Source: Candidatus Hermodarchaeota archaeon (lineage in GTDB: Archaea; Asgardarchaeota; Hermodarchaeia; Hermodarchaeales; Hermodarchaeaceae). Taken from it: 48,653 nt of DNA. The notes under the pieces were generated by a model. It ran no database searches. It was not told the origin of the DNA and saw nothing but the letters and a program-made list of their open reading frames with translations. Position 1 is the stretch's first letter; each line of letters opens with the position of its first letter. Below are positions 20,988 to 30,968 of this stretch, one piece after another. Location of the stretch: NCBI GenBank assembly GCA_016840065.1, contig JAEOTB010000027.1, forward strand, positions 1-48,653, in the 5' to 3' direction. Made by a program: the position numbers and the translations under genes.

Positions 20988-21003
20988 AAAAATGAAGATA
21001 ATA

Positions 21004-22161
21004 CTATCTATCTCCAGTGATTTCAATAAGCTCTTTGACTAACTTTATCTCTTTAGCTGCACGTTCGTCCCAATTGCAGAAGTGTTTCAAGGCAAATTCT
21101 CTAGCTCTAGCTCCGAGTTCATTCCGGTAATCTCCATCCTCTAATAATTCATTCAAAACCTTTGGTAAATTCTGTAGTTGAGAATATTTCAGCAAGACCG
21201 CATTCTGCTGGTTTTTCAGGATCCGCCTAGTACCACCAGAGTCAAGAGCTACAACACACTTTCCACAACGCATAGCCTCCATAACAGTAGCAGATAAACA
21301 AGACAAATCATACAAAGCCACAAATATATCAGCAGCAGCAAGATAACTAGGCACATCTGCATGCGGAATTCTGCCTACAAATCTAACATATTCAGGGACT
21401 TTCAGCGAATCCACTAGACGATGCAGTTTCACCTTTTCTGACCCCTCGCCAACGATAACGAAAAATACATCATCCCTATTTTCGACTATCTTTGGTATAG
21501 CATTAATCAATCTGTGTACACTTTTAATAGTCGTTAACCTGCAGAGCGAAAGCACTATCTTAGCTGACTTGGGTAATCCTAATCTTTGCTTGGCTAGAGC
21601 AGAATCAATGTCAATGCACAGACCTTTGTCAACACCATTCAACCAAAGTCGTATCTTGTTCTCTTGGACACCTAAGTACTTAGCAACTGACTCTCCATAT
21701 GTTCCATCTTCGGTGATAATGACGGCATTTGCGGGTGTTCTAAAGGCAACAACATGATAGAAATAATGTAGAAATAACGAAAACTTCCCAAGGTAAGGAT
21801 ACAGGATACTCCCCTGGAATCGTAGGATAAGTGGAATCCTGAATATCTTGCTTATGATGTAGGCAGGTACAGCACCGAAAACTTCGTAACCATAAATAGC
21901 ACTAGGCCTGTTCTCCTTAGCAATAGCGATTGCCTTTCTCAGCGAAAGAAACAGAAAAAGAAACCATGTAATTACGCGCCCCCTGATTCTTTCAAAGAGT
22001 GGAATATTTACCTTGTAGACGAATGGATTCCTTCCACTATCACCACTAAGCGAGATATAATGAACTTCATATCCCGATTGAGCGAATCGAGAAAAAACCT
22101 GCCATCTAGGTCCATAGTTCCAAAGCCCTAACCCGCTTATCACCATTATTCTAGGTTTCAA
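21004..22161 (-). CDS. GT4 glycosyltransferase
   Basis: NGVD, VGEGSE, YLAAADIFV, MEAMRCGKCVV; TTG start overlaps upstream stop. Confidence 0.88.
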   Translation of the reverse strand: MKPRIMVISGLGLWNYGPRWQVFSRFAQSGYEVHYISLSGDSGRNPFVYKVNIPLFERIRGRVITWFLFLFLSLRKAIAIAKENRPSAIYGYEVFGAVPAYIISKIFRIPLILRFQGSILYPYLGKFSLFLHYFYHVVAFRTPANAVIITEDGTYGESVAKYLGVQENKIRLWLNGVDKGLCIDIDSALAKQRLGLPKSAKIVLSLCRLTTIKSVHRLINAIPKIVENRDDVFFVIVGEGSEKVKLHRLVDSLKVPEYVRFVGRIPHADVPSYLAAADIFVALYDLSCLSATVMEAMRCGKCVVALDSGGTRRILKNQQNAVLLKYSQLQNLPKVLNELLEDGDYRNELGARAREFALKHFCNWDERAAKEIKLVKELIEITGDR

Positions 22162-23417
22162 GTTTCATTCTCCGAGTGTAAATGGGTAGTTGAATTAATC
22201 ACTGTGGAATATACTTCCTGGATGCGTTTTGAGATGTTTATCCAAGAATATTGCCTTGAATAATCCCGTATTAACTCCGCTAACCATTTCCTTTCTAATG
22301 CACTCAAAATAGCTTTCGATAATGATTCAGGGTTAGCAGGCTCTACTAGAATTCCAAGATCATCTCTACTAATGATTTCTGGTACACCTCCAACGCGGCT
22401 CGCTACAACTGGTTTCCCACATGCCATCGCTTCAATGATTACCACACCAAAACTTTCCTTTATGCTGGGCAGAACAAAAAGATTACAGGTGTTCATCCAT
22501 GCTGGAACCTCCTCATGTTTCTTTTGCCCAACAAAAATGATTGTTTCAGCCAAACCAAGCCTGACAGCTAGTTGTTTTAACTTTCCCTCTTTTACACCTG
22601 AACCAACGATTACGATGGTAATGTCTTGTCTTTTTTTCAAGACGAGTCTCGTAGCTTCTATCAGATATTTGTGCCCTTTCAAAGGAGATAGGTTTCCTAC
22701 CGAAAGTATAATCTTCTTGTCTAGTGGTAACCCAAGCTTTCTTCTTATTTTCTTAAGAGGTAATGGTCGAAAGAGCGTTGTGTTAACACCGTTAGGAATT
22801 ACTGATATTCTATCATTTATTCTACCCCGAACCCCCAAAGCGGTATCCTTCAACATTTCGGATACACAGATAATATGACTACTTTTTCCGAGGGTGTAGG
22901 ACATGATACCGCGCAGAAATAATTTCTGAATATTGTTATACAATTCGCCGCCAAGAATCGTTAATACAACAGGTTTCTTTACGAATTTACTCAAAATAAC
23001 TGCACAAAATCCATCTGGTATGATACCATAAGCGTGAATGATTTCAGTTTTTCTTATGTGGTCTCTGTTTCTTATGAGGAATATTACAATAGAGAACAAG
23101 TAAAGCAGAACTTGAATTAAAGATGCAACACCGAAGATGTTTAGTCTTGATCTATCACTAATCCGAAGTGCGAAAAACCGCGGATGAAAAACAGTTGTGT
23201 TACATATCTTTTCGCGTTCTGGGATTTCAGTATAGCTCTGAAGATGAATAAACCAGCGGGACTTCCTAAATAGCCTAGTGTTGGGCACATATGGTGTAGG
23301 TGAAACTACACTAACTGGATTATGTTTGGAGAGTAAATCCGTTTGTTCCTTTACCCAAATCCCTAAATTAGGGAGTTGACGGTTGGGGAACATGGAAGAA
23401 ACTACGAGAACCCTCAT
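22158..23417 (-). CDS. GT4 glycosyltransferase
   Basis: MRVLVVSSMFP, IPNGVN, KGHKYLI, FVLPSIKESFGVVIIEAMACGKPVVASRVGGVPE. Confidence 0.9.
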   Translation of the reverse strand: MRVLVVSSMFPNRQLPNLGIWVKEQTDLLSKHNPVSVVSPTPYVPNTRLFRKSRWFIHLQSYTEIPEREKICNTTVFHPRFFALRISDRSRLNIFGVASLIQVLLYLFSIVIFLIRNRDHIRKTEIIHAYGIIPDGFCAVILSKFVKKPVVLTILGGELYNNIQKLFLRGIMSYTLGKSSHIICVSEMLKDTALGVRGRINDRISVIPNGVNTTLFRPLPLKKIRRKLGLPLDKKIILSVGNLSPLKGHKYLIEATRLVLKKRQDITIVIVGSGVKEGKLKQLAVRLGLAETIIFVGQKKHEEVPAWMNTCNLFVLPSIKESFGVVIIEAMACGKPVVASRVGGVPEIISRDDLGILVEPANPESLSKAILSALERKWLAELIRDYSRQYSWINISKRIQEVYSTVINSTTHLHSENET

Positions 23418-23475
23418 TGCCAAACTGCTCCACTTTTCATTAGATTGCCAATTTCTCGGATATTTTCCACACTCA

Positions 23476-24633
23476 CTACACTAGTTGCAAGAATTTCCGT
23501 GATATTTCCCGCCAATCTATTTGCTCAGCATATTTCCTGGCATTCTGTCCCATTATTGTTCTTCTTCTCTGATCAAGTAGTAAACCCATTTTTTCCTCAA
23601 GGTCTTTTTCGACACCGCTCCTATACAATAAACCATTTTGGTGGCTTACTCGTTCTGATACTCCAGAATCGTCTGCTATGATTACCGGTAAGCTACAAGC
23701 CATTGCTTCAATCATTGCAATCGAACTTTGGAGCGGCCATATCCCTACATCAGCTGCTGAATAGTATCTATATAGATCCACATTGGGAACCATATCAACA
23801 AATATGAAATGGTCACTTAATCCAGAAGCTGTTGCTTTGTCCCTTAAGCTATTGACATATTCTGGTTCACCGCTACCCACTAATACTACTTTCACAGTTG
23901 AATATTTCCTTATCAACGAGATAGATGCTTTAATTAATAGATGAGGACCCTTTGAGGCCGTTAACTTTCCAGCGTAAATGAATACTATATCATCCTTTGA
24001 GAGCTTTAATTGTCTTCGCGTCTCTTTCCTCGCACGTTTTTCATAACGGAATAATCTAATGTCACACCCCAAGGGAATTACTTTTATCCTTTCAGCCGGG
24101 ATTCGATAGTACGTTTTCATGAATTGCCTTGCATCTTCTGCTACTGCAATCAAAGCATCAGCTGAGTTTATTATTTTCCTGCTGAAAAGCAATCTGAAGA
24201 TCACATACACAAATTTGACCCATTTCCGGGTTGCTATTGGTGCCATATGCACATCAAAGATTATTTTAGTATCTGGCAAATCCTTCCCCAAAGAGATTGC
24301 AGTTATCGAAGCAGCGCTTAGTATGCTATGAAAAATAATTACATCAGGTTTTAGTTTCAGGAGAACCTTTCTTAAATTTCGAAGCCACACCCTCCCTAAA
24401 AACTCCAATGTTATTGGTAATCTCCAAACTTGTATCCCCTCCTCGATAAAAGTGCCATTTCCTCTTATCCTATCCCCCAAGATATCTTGCGCAGCAGGAT
24501 ACAAACCAGGAGCATATCGATCAGAGGTTACCACACTCACATCATGCCCTTCCTCAGTTTGAACCCTTGCTAAATAAAACTCTTGATATCCCAGTTTAGG
24601 TTGAAAGTAATCAATTACATGTACAATTTTCAT
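23476..24633 (-). CDS. GT4 glycosyltransferase
   Basis: MKIVHV, YAGKL..KG, YSAADVGIWP, IEAMACSLPVI. Confidence 0.9.
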   Translation of the reverse strand: MKIVHVIDYFQPKLGYQEFYLARVQTEEGHDVSVVTSDRYAPGLYPAAQDILGDRIRGNGTFIEEGIQVWRLPITLEFLGRVWLRNLRKVLLKLKPDVIIFHSILSAASITAISLGKDLPDTKIIFDVHMAPIATRKWVKFVYVIFRLLFSRKIINSADALIAVAEDARQFMKTYYRIPAERIKVIPLGCDIRLFRYEKRARKETRRQLKLSKDDIVFIYAGKLTASKGPHLLIKASISLIRKYSTVKVVLVGSGEPEYVNSLRDKATASGLSDHFIFVDMVPNVDLYRYYSAADVGIWPLQSSIAMIEAMACSLPVIIADDSGVSERVSHQNGLLYRSGVEKDLEEKMGLLLDQRRRTIMGQNARKYAEQIDWREISRKFLQLV

Positions 24634-24708
24634 ACTTTCACCTTGTGATTTTGTATGTTGATAAGAAGACTCCCTGTGCTTGATATGTTCAATACCCTCC
24701 CCTTGTCT

Positions 24709-25878
24709 TTAGGTGGCAACCTCCTCGTAGATTTTTTCCAGTTTATTTACAACAGATTCAATAGAGAATTCCGTTTCTACAATTGTCCTACCATTTCTTG
24801 AGAACCTCTTACGCAATCTTACATCGGTGATTATTGTATGAATTGCTTTGGCGAGTTTCTGAGGGGACGGAGGTGTAACAAAACCTACATTGCCATCAAT
24901 CCATTCTAATGCATCTCCTAGCTCAGTTGTGATTATTGGAACCCCAATTGAACAAGCTTCAAGAAAGGTCACAGGAAATCCGTAAAAAGAGGGTGTTACG
25001 AAAACGTCAGCATCAACAAAGGCGCTGAGTTTCTCCTCATGACTTATGAAACCCGTAGTTAGAACCGACTCCGACACACCTAACGAATTTACCAAAGACT
25101 CAACTTTGTATAGATATCCTTCATCAGGTCCTGCAATCACCAAGAGAGTTTCCGCGGACTTCGGTAGTCGCCTCAGCTTTGCATAGGCTCTAACCAACAA
25201 ATCAATACCTTTTGTTTGATGAATTCTTCCAAGGTAGAGGACAATCCTTTTCTCCCTAGCGATTTCAAAACGTTTTCTGAATTTACCTTTCCGCGGTAAG
25301 CGATGAAACTCTGATAGATCTATTCCATTGGGAACAATAGCAATCCTCTCATCTGGCACTCCTTTACGCTTTACATCTTTAGCTTCCCCTTGGCTCAGAG
25401 CTATTACCTTTGCGGCATCTCTGAGTACTTTAGAGCCTAATATTGCATCATAAATCAGCTTCAAACATTGTTTAGAAATAATAAAGGGAATCGACCCATG
25501 AGGTTGTATCAGAAAGGGAACGCTGTATCGTCTAGCGTATTTACGGACGATTAGGTCCTGGTAATGCCGCCAGGAATGCAAATGTACAACATCATAATCC
25601 GCAATTGTGTCCTTTACCGCTTTTGTCATTGTGGGTGAAATGTTAAACCCAGTAAAACGCAGCACCCTCGGAAAGAAGCAGATTCGATAGCCATCTCGTT
25701 GTTCTTCCTTTACTATTGACTGATTATCATGATATTGATTGATTGCACTTGTTGTGAATATCGTAACATCATGCTTCCTTGCTAACTCTTTCGAGATGGA
25801 CTTGACAACCCCAACAGGTCCCCCAAACAAGGAGGAAAAAACAGGGATTACTTGAAGGATTCTCATAGTATCACCCAA
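24709..25878 (-). CDS. GT4 glycosyltransferase
   Basis: MRILQV, PHGS, PNGID, YLGRIHQTKG, AGPDEG, GFPVTFLEAC. Confidence 0.9.
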   Translation of the reverse strand: MGDTMRILQVIPVFSSLFGGPVGVVKSISKELARKHDVTIFTTSAINQYHDNQSIVKEEQRDGYRICFFPRVLRFTGFNISPTMTKAVKDTIADYDVVHLHSWRHYQDLIVRKYARRYSVPFLIQPHGSIPFIISKQCLKLIYDAILGSKVLRDAAKVIALSQGEAKDVKRKGVPDERIAIVPNGIDLSEFHRLPRKGKFRKRFEIAREKRIVLYLGRIHQTKGIDLLVRAYAKLRRLPKSAETLLVIAGPDEGYLYKVESLVNSLGVSESVLTTGFISHEEKLSAFVDADVFVTPSFYGFPVTFLEACSIGVPIITTELGDALEWIDGNVGFVTPPSPQKLAKAIHTIITDVRLRKRFSRNGRTIVETEFSIESVVNKLEKIYEEVAT

Positions 25879-25891
25879 ACCAATTCTCCAT

Positions 25892-26398
25892 CTATTCTTT
25901 TATTCCTCGAACATGCAGACAATCTGGGAGGAAAGGAATCCCCCTGTATCCTTTGATAATTCGCTTGACCCTTCTGACTCCACAATCAATGAGAAGAGAT
26001 TTCAACAACCCGAAAGAGAAGCCAGACTTGTGGAAGTTTTCGGGGTAATCCTGTTCGCCATAGATGTTCCGCAGATTCTGCCACGAGGGCCTTAGGAAGA
26101 ATAGCAATGCTCGAGCCCTCAAGTCAGGACAACGAAGTTCTATCATTCCACCCTTCTGAAGTACTCGTACCCATTCGGAAAGAATCGAAGGAACATGGGT
26201 ATGTCCGAAGTGTTCAATTAGATGACTCGAAAAAACATATCGGAACGATTCTGCACGGAAGGGTAGAGCCTGAGCGTCTGCTATAACATCTACTTCTGGA
26301 GTTACTCGGCAGTCTAGACCTAATGTATTCGGCTGTCTTTTGGTTCCACAGCCAATATCAAGACCTGATGGAATCCCAATAAATCTCAGGGTTCTTAT
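25892..26398 (-). CDS. Class I SAM-dependent methyltransferase (about 168 aa), non-canonical start
   Basis: The 84-aa track ORF extends in frame upstream to include LDIGCG (motif I), GLD, DVIADAQALPF, SSHLIEHF and EWVRVLQKGG; GGAGG lies 6 nt before an in-frame ATA at 26398. Confidence 0.85.
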   Translation of the reverse strand: MRTLRFIGIPSGLDIGCGTKRQPNTLGLDCRVTPEVDVIADAQALPFRAESFRYVFSSHLIEHFGHTHVPSILSEWVRVLQKGGMIELRCPDLRARALLFFLRPSWQNLRNIYGEQDYPENFHKSGFSFGLLKSLLIDCGVRRVKRIIKGYRGIPFLPDCLHVRGIKE

Positions 26399-27516
26399 TC
26401 AACTCCTCCGATTTTTAAATCTGGCAAGTATTTTGACCAGTTTTTCTCTGAATGATGTTTAACGAAATACTTCCTACAGTTTCCTGAGAGCCTTGTGAGG
26501 TTCTCTTTAATGTAATCGATTCCTTTGACCCATAGTGATGCTTCTGCATCAACCCCTAAAAGATAACCAGTTTTACCTTGCGAGACGACTTCTGGTAGCC
26601 CCCCAACTTTGCTTGAAACTACTGGCGTTCCGTACATGAATGCCCCAATAATTGTAGCGCTTTGAGTCGCGCGCCTAAATGGAGCAAGAACAGTATAGCT
26701 TTGCTGGATTATTTCACCAAAAGCAACATCATCAAATCCCTTTGTAGATAGGATTCGGAGATCCTTTTCTCTAAGGAATCTAGAATCCCTGGGAGTTGCG
26801 CGTGATGTCATTTGGAGTTTAAGACCTAAACTATGCCTTGAAGAATAGCGCGCAATTTCCAATAATTTATCTGGTCCCTTTGCAGGTAGAGGAGGTCCCA
26901 CAAATGTTACGTATTCTCGAGTTTGCTTTTGACACCTCGAGCTACCTAAATCCTCGAATAACAAAGGAATCATTAGTCTTTCCCCCGAGAAACGAGGATA
27001 CCTGATATCAAATAATTTAGAAGCGAATCGTGACGAAACGATGGCAATATCAGTTTGTTCCAATAATTTTCCTTGATAATATTCAAAGAAATATAACCAA
27101 TATTGATGGACCCCTTTGTATATCGGCTTGTAGCAGTTTTGAACAAAAGGTTCATGGACATGATAAATGAATAAGGAGTTGTTTTTCCGAGCGAATTTTG
27201 CGATGAAGCTATTGAGCAAGTGAAAGTTTTGAAGATAAATGTGAGTGGGAGGGTCTTCAGCAAACACCTTCAGGATGCTGCTTTTGTTTCGATGGTCAAT
27301 AGCATCTTTGAGTATAGAAGAGATGTTCTTTGAGGATCCAATGAAGATTGTATTTTCCTTGATTTTTTTTGGCAGCAGATGTGCGTATTCATAACTGAAG
27401 AGATATTTCACTGAATGTCCAGCACTTTCGCAGGCCTTGCCAAACGCGCAACAAAGTGACTTAAAGGTTGGGCTGAACTGCAGGCACCCTACATAAACTG
27501 TCATTGCAATAATCAT
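26395..27516 (-). CDS. GT4 glycosyltransferase (divergent)
   Basis: YHVHEP, FVG...KG, ATQSATIIGAFMYGTPVVSSKVGGLPE. Confidence 0.8.
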   Translation of the reverse strand: MIIAMTVYVGCLQFSPTFKSLCCAFGKACESAGHSVKYLFSYEYAHLLPKKIKENTIFIGSSKNISSILKDAIDHRNKSSILKVFAEDPPTHIYLQNFHLLNSFIAKFARKNNSLFIYHVHEPFVQNCYKPIYKGVHQYWLYFFEYYQGKLLEQTDIAIVSSRFASKLFDIRYPRFSGERLMIPLLFEDLGSSRCQKQTREYVTFVGPPLPAKGPDKLLEIARYSSRHSLGLKLQMTSRATPRDSRFLREKDLRILSTKGFDDVAFGEIIQQSYTVLAPFRRATQSATIIGAFMYGTPVVSSKVGGLPEVVSQGKTGYLLGVDAEASLWVKGIDYIKENLTRLSGNCRKYFVKHHSEKNWSKYLPDLKIGGVE

Positions 27517-27520
27517 AAAC

Positions 27521-28726
27521 CTAGGCTGCTTCCAAGATGCGCCTCATTTTTTCCCCAATTATCTCTATACTCAGATTCCGTTCTACATATTTTCTACCAT
27601 TATTTCCTAATCTCCTTCTAAGAGTAGCATTATCTTTCAGCCTGAGAACTGCTTCAGCCAACGCCTTGTAATCTCCAGGATTTACTACAAGACCAGATTT
27701 TGTGGCTGTAACATACCGCCCTGGCTCTCCTTTGGAACAGCAGATTATTGGTTTCCCTGCTGCCTGATATTCATAAAGTTTGGAGGAGATACCCAATTCA
27801 ATTGCGCTAGCACCGCATAATGGTAAAAGCACTATATCGGCTCTTGCTATTATTTGTGCAACTTCGTCACGCCCTACAATTTTCTCCACGACTCTCAGGT
27901 TTTCTAATTTCAGTCGTTTCTTCTTCGACTTCAACTTAGCTGTGAGTTCACCACCTCCTTGAATCAGAAACTCGATATCTGTAATTGAAGTAAGTATCTT
28001 AGCGGCTTTGAAAACTTGGCCGAAGTCATACGCAGGGGAAAAAGCGCCGATGTATAGAACTTGGAATTTCCTAGTTGTCTTCTGGGAGTAGCGGCGTTTA
28101 GCAGTGAACCGAGAAATATCGACACCCGCAGGAAGTACATGTATCTTTCTTGGATTAACCTGGTACTTGTTGGTTATAACACCAATATAAGCAGGGCTAA
28201 TTGATGTAATAGCTGATGCCACTCGGTAAGCTAATTTTGCAAGGAATGTACCTAGTCTTGCTAAGAATGAATTTTTATTTAGACCAAGATCAAAAAGAGT
28301 CTCTGGCCATAAATCATCTACATTTTGGACTAGTGGGCATCTGTGAAAAAGATGATAGATGAACCCAGGAAACATAGACAGGATATTTGGGTTGGCAGCC
28401 CACACTACCTTAACTTTTCTAATAAAGGGAAGGGCAAAGAGAGACGAAATCATGAAGCTAGCGAAAAGAAGTATTCGTTTTACAATACCTTCCGAGGGAA
28501 GGGGAGGCACGTATGTTCTAATCACTTTCAGCTTACCGCTGTACTTGACAGCAAGAGCCTTCCATTTGTATTCCGCGAGGATTTGACCTGTAGGATAATG
28601 AGGGAATGCTGAAACGACCGTTACTTTGCACCCTGCTTTCAAAAGACCATATGCAGCATTAATGGCGCGGGTCGCTCCCCCGCCCATGTCTGGTGGGAAC
28701 AGCTGCGCTATGATTAGAACGTGCAT
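27521..28726 (-). CDS. GT4 glycosyltransferase, WbuB-like
   Basis: MHVLIIAQLFPPDMGGGA, FPHYPTG, DLWPE, SSKLYEYQAAGKPII. Confidence 0.88.
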   Translation of the reverse strand: MHVLIIAQLFPPDMGGGATRAINAAYGLLKAGCKVTVVSAFPHYPTGQILAEYKWKALAVKYSGKLKVIRTYVPPLPSEGIVKRILLFASFMISSLFALPFIRKVKVVWAANPNILSMFPGFIYHLFHRCPLVQNVDDLWPETLFDLGLNKNSFLARLGTFLAKLAYRVASAITSISPAYIGVITNKYQVNPRKIHVLPAGVDISRFTAKRRYSQKTTRKFQVLYIGAFSPAYDFGQVFKAAKILTSITDIEFLIQGGGELTAKLKSKKKRLKLENLRVVEKIVGRDEVAQIIARADIVLLPLCGASAIELGISSKLYEYQAAGKPIICCSKGEPGRYVTATKSGLVVNPGDYKALAEAVLRLKDNATLRRRLGNNGRKYVERNLSIEIIGEKMRRILEAA

Positions 28727-29750
28727 GTTTCTCAACCCATGAAGCTTCGCGTGCAAGGGCTTGTTTTATTTCTTCACTCTTTGCTAGGAACCAGTCAAAC
28801 GTTCTCTTTAAGCCTGTCTTAAGGCCTATCTTTGGTTTATACCCTAGAAGCTTTCCCGCTTTTTCTATTGACGCTCTTCTTCTCGAAATACTATCCCAAT
28901 CACGTGAAGGCTTGAATTCTATTTCAGCGTTGCTTCCTGTGATCTCGTTTATTTGATTGGCGAGATCAAGGATACGGGTTTCGGTCCCAGATGCCAGATT
29001 AACTGCTTCACCCAGCACTTCCTCAGAGATGCCCATCCGTAAGGTTCCTTCAACAATATCGTCCACGTAGGTGAAGTCCCTCGTTTCCTCGCCAGTTCCA
29101 GTAATGGGTAAAGGAATCCCATTTATCGCCCACCAGAAGAAGTTGGGAATAACGTTTCTATACAAGCCTGGTACTTCGCCGGGTCCAAATACGTTGAAAT
29201 AACGAGCTATGGCAACGGGCACGTTGTAGTAGTTGTGGTAAAAGTTGCAGTATAATTCGCCTACTAGTTTTGTAATTTGATATGGTGTATCTAGGTGTAA
29301 AGAAACATAATCTTCGGTTAGTGGTAAGGGCGCGTTGTTGCCGTAAATAGAACAGCCAGAGGAGGCATATACAAACTTCGTACACTTGGTCTTGGCGGTG
29401 AACCGTAAAGTTCTCAGTGTTCCTAGCGCGTTAGTGAGTAGGTCATTTTCAGGGTAGTCAATACTATTTTGGTTTGCAAAGTGTGCAGCTAAATGAAAAA
29501 TGTAGTCAGGCGTGAAGCCGAAGGCTTCTCGCATTTTCTCGTCATCGAGTATACTTCCGTGAATGAATACAATATTAGGATTCTTTGGAATATTCCATTC
29601 ATAGGAAGCCGAAAGATCATCTATTATGATTATTTTTTCAGGCTCAGCTTGCAGTAGCACTCGAACAAGGTTGCTCCCGATACATCCAGCACCTCCAGTA
29701 ACTAGGATGCGTTTCCCAGCATATTGGGTTAGTACGCTCTCAAACATCAT
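28659..29750 (-). CDS. NAD-dependent nucleotide-sugar epimerase/dehydratase (extended SDR)
   Basis: ILVTGGAGCIGSNL, HLAAHFANQNS, YQITK (YxxxK), RYFNVFGP, TRDFTYVDD. Confidence 0.9.
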   Translation of the reverse strand: MMFESVLTQYAGKRILVTGGAGCIGSNLVRVLLQAEPEKIIIIDDLSASYEWNIPKNPNIVFIHGSILDDEKMREAFGFTPDYIFHLAAHFANQNSIDYPENDLLTNALGTLRTLRFTAKTKCTKFVYASSGCSIYGNNAPLPLTEDYVSLHLDTPYQITKLVGELYCNFYHNYYNVPVAIARYFNVFGPGEVPGLYRNVIPNFFWWAINGIPLPITGTGEETRDFTYVDDIVEGTLRMGISEEVLGEAVNLASGTETRILDLANQINEITGSNAEIEFKPSRDWDSISRRRASIEKAGKLLGYKPKIGLKTGLKRTFDWFLAKSEEIKQALAREASWVEKHARSNHSAAVPTRHGRGSDPRH

Positions 29751-29966
29751 CCATTTCAACCGCGTTTTTTTTCTCGGGAACACTGAGCGGGGGAACCGTC
29801 TTTCATTCACATTTAATATCGTGTAACATTGTTTAAGTTTTACTTATTACTAAGTTACGTGAGGTACTTATTTTAAGGAATCTGAATGGAGAAATAGTCG
29901 AGGGGGGCAACGGACTCGTCTATCTCATAATGGATTTTTCAATGATGGCTTCTACAAGTGTTGGAT

Positions 29967-30893
29967 TTAGGGTGTGTGCTGTTTAAACCACTCTACAGTT
30001 CGTGCTATCCCTTCCTCGACGGATACCGTTTCCCGAAAGTCAAGGTCCCGCTTTGCCTTCGAGGAATCCGGTGTTTTTATCTTCGTTGTGAAGGGCTCTG
30101 AGTCTTTGTACACAACCTTTGAATCATCCTTTCCTAGACTCTTTAAAATCAAATCAGATATCATTTTGATGCTAAATTGTGTCTCGCTACCTAGGTTGTA
30201 GACCTCACTGGATTTAAAGTTGGAAAGTATAGCGGCTAGTGCTCTACATATGTCATCGATGTATTCCAATGTACGTTTGTGATTAAGAAAAACTGTGTAC
30301 GGGCGGTCAAGCAGTGCTAGATGAATAAACTTGGGGATAAAACCACGGTAAGGAGTATAATTTTCACCGGGACCATATACGTTGAACAGCCTAACTCTTA
30401 CAGATTCTGTTCCACACATTTCTATTGAATTGAGTATCTGTAGTTCGTTAACCCACTTGGAAATTGCATAATCGTTCATCTGTCTGATGGGGATCCTTTC
30501 CATGATATCCTCGCTCATTACTCCATCAAAATCTCCATAGACCTCTGCACTCCCAAAAAAAATCATCTGAAAGTTTTGTTTCTCTTGCATCCGGAGAAGA
30601 TGTTTGGTTCCAACAGCATTGGTTTGCCACAGATTCTCATAGTAGTCTTCACCACTCCATCTCCCGTATTCAGCTGCGGCGTGGTATACAAAATCGAATT
30701 CATGCTCTTGGAATAGATGTTCTATTTGTCTGTACTTGCTTATATCGCAACGAAGATAATTTTCTTGATCAGAGTGCTTGAGATCACAGGTCCAGACCTG
30801 GTGTCCACCGCTTTTCAATAGACGAACTAGCCCCGTACCGATGAACCCAAGTCCGCCCGTAACTAGTATTGTCTTTGATTTTGCCATGTCCAT
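29967..30893 (-). CDS. NAD-dependent nucleotide-sugar epimerase/dehydratase (extended SDR)
   Basis: ILVTGGLGFIG, HAAAEYGR, YAISK (YxxxK), RLFNVYGP. Confidence 0.9.
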   Translation of the reverse strand: MDMAKSKTILVTGGLGFIGTGLVRLLKSGGHQVWTCDLKHSDQENYLRCDISKYRQIEHLFQEHEFDFVYHAAAEYGRWSGEDYYENLWQTNAVGTKHLLRMQEKQNFQMIFFGSAEVYGDFDGVMSEDIMERIPIRQMNDYAISKWVNELQILNSIEMCGTESVRVRLFNVYGPGENYTPYRGFIPKFIHLALLDRPYTVFLNHKRTLEYIDDICRALAAILSNFKSSEVYNLGSETQFSIKMISDLILKSLGKDDSKVVYKDSEPFTTKIKTPDSSKAKRDLDFRETVSVEEGIARTVEWFKQHTP

Positions 30894-30968
30894 TCTATCC
30901 TAGCTGCAACTATTATTGCACAATTCCAGCAAAGAATAAGCTGGGAAGTTTCCTGCAAACATAATCCG

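Noticed and set aside
29889-29926. Imperfect hairpin between the two epimerase genes
   Set aside because: Short and bulged; cannot be distinguished from chance or a simple terminator.
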